Shown in pieces: positions 63,060-64,000 of a stretch of 64,000 nucleotides of DNA. The number at the start of each line of letters is the position of its first letter. Positions within the stretch are counted from its first letter, which is position 1. The translations under genes and the position numbers were made by a program. Source of the DNA: an uncultured virus (IMG/VR IMGVR_UViG_3300022879_000001) (lineage: Duplodnaviria > Heunggongvirae > Uroviricota > Caudoviricetes). The notes below the pieces were generated by a model, which made no database searches, had not been told where the DNA came from, and saw only the letters and a program-made list of their open reading frames with translations. The DNA is taken from IMG/VR virus record IMGVR_UViG_3300022879_000001; one strand, 5' to 3'.

Positions 63060-63097
63060 ATAATAGTCACGTTTTATAAAAGGAGGGAGGGGTTAGT

Positions 63098-63265
63098 TTG
63101 GAGAAATGTGAGCATAAATCCATTACTCTTTATAATACTACAGGTAAGAAAATTGAATCAGGAGGATATGAAGTTGATTTTGCAATTAGATGTCATGATT
63201 GCGATGAAGAGTTATTTCGTATAAGCGAATACAAAAGAGAAATTATCAATCTATCTAAACATTAG
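63098..63265 (+). CDS. 55-aa Zn-binding protein (missed by the track)
   Basis: TTG start after AGGAGGGAGG; CEH...CHDC. Confidence 0.55.
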   Translation: MEKCEHKSITLYNTTGKKIESGGYEVDFAIRCHDCDEELFRISEYKREIINLSKH

Positions 63266-63323
63266 AAGATGTTGAAATTTAAGGTTAAAATATTAAATAC
63301 ATAATAAAAGGAGAATTATTTTT

Positions 63324-63662
63324 ATGACAAACAAAGATGTAATTAATAAATGGAGAAAAGTTATTGAGGGTGATTTTATTGCGGTTAAGAATGAGTGGAC
63401 TATTCCGAAGCGTGTTTCAGTTGAACAGATTAAAGCGAAGATAAATGCTTTAAATGATGAGCATGCAGGTATTTTAGTGAGACACAAGGCTACTACAAAC
63501 TTATACAGAATCACACATTTCAGCGTATTAAATGAAAAAGGTGAAGCTGAATATGCGGTAAACTATCATCCTTTTGACGAAAATACATTACGTGATCATG
63601 ATAAGGTTAAATTTACTAGACCTGCTTCTGAATTCTTTGATGGTCGATTTAAGTTTAATTAA
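63324..63662 (+). CDS. DUF1653-like protein
   Basis: VRHKATTNLYRI...AVNY...FTRPASEFFDGRF. Confidence 0.6.
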   Translation: MTNKDVINKWRKVIEGDFIAVKNEWTIPKRVSVEQIKAKINALNDEHAGILVRHKATTNLYRITHFSVLNEKGEAEYAVNYHPFDENTLRDHDKVKFTRPASEFFDGRFKFN

Positions 63663-63711
63663 TATATTTGTATTATAAAGTACATATCAGATACAATAAA
63701 ACAAACAATCA

Positions 63712-63741
63712 GAGTAGGATAAATATTATCTTACTCTTTTT
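63712..63741 (+). terminator. intrinsic terminator
   Basis: GAGTAGGATAA...TTATCTTACTC followed by a T run. Confidence 0.7.
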
Positions 63742-63823
63742 ATATAATAAAATACATAAAATATGTTGCGTTTATGTTTATTATGTGGTAATATTTAGTT
63801 AAATAATAAAAGGAGTGATTGAA

Positions 63824-64000
63824 ATGAACGAACAAGAAAGAATTCAATACATAAAAGGGTTATCAGAAAATGGATTAATGCACGAAATTGATTATCAGGA
63901 TATTAAGTTTTTAATTGATATTGCAGACAGATTAGGACAATTTGCAAATGAATTTGATCCAATGATTAGCGAAGGTCAAATGAATGCTTATGCTGAAGCA
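63824..64000 (+). CDS. 5' part of a CDS running off the window
   Basis: AAGGAG RBS; promoter TTGCGT-N17-TAATAT with an AAATACATAA box upstream. Confidence 0.6.
   Translation, partial: MNEQERIQYIKGLSENGLMHEIDYQDIKFLIDIADRLGQFANEFDPMISEGQMNAYAEA

Noticed and set aside
54961..63514. Minus-strand ORFs within the rightward array (54961, 56381, 59223, 59631, 60533, 60890, 61458, 63293)
   Set aside because: Antisense shadows of plus-strand genes or pseudogene remnants
1..64000. tRNA/rRNA genes, arbitrium genes, a diversity-generating retroelement
   Set aside because: No cloverleaf, rRNA, AimR/AimP-like gene, reverse transcriptase or TR/VR pair recognised by eye; a tRNAscan/Rfam run would be needed to exclude RNA genes fully

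Overview
This window is a ~64 kb segment of a large, AT-rich SPbeta-like temperate phage or prophage of a Bacillales host; the host cannot be identified from the sequence. From ~50.5 kb leftwards almost all genes are on the minus strand. A cluster of small early genes includes a yonT/yoyJ/SR6-like type I toxin-antitoxin locus, followed by a ~1.1 kb repeat-rich non-coding block with DnaA boxes. Next come a YonO-like single-subunit RNA polymerase, HU and a YonJ-like phosphoesterase. The morphogenesis module follows: terminase, portal, protease/scaffold, capsid, head-tail and tail genes, a YomM-like tyrosine recombinase, a Rha-KilAC antirepressor carrying a nonsense codon, tape measure, Dit, Tal and a receptor-binding fibre. 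The tape measure gene is split by a 2022-nt group I intron (16897-14876) whose P8 loop carries a homing endonuclease with its own promoter and terminator. Right of ~51 kb is a plus-strand array of small, unrelated genes. Many of its junctions carry a short palindrome TAAWA-N6-TWTTA shaped like a tyrosine-recombinase core site, which suggests a possible gene-cassette system. A 10-mer (AAATACATAA on the coding strand) occurs at least 34 times and flips orientation at the transcription switch. Gene names are assigned from recalled motifs and SPbeta synteny, not from database searches.
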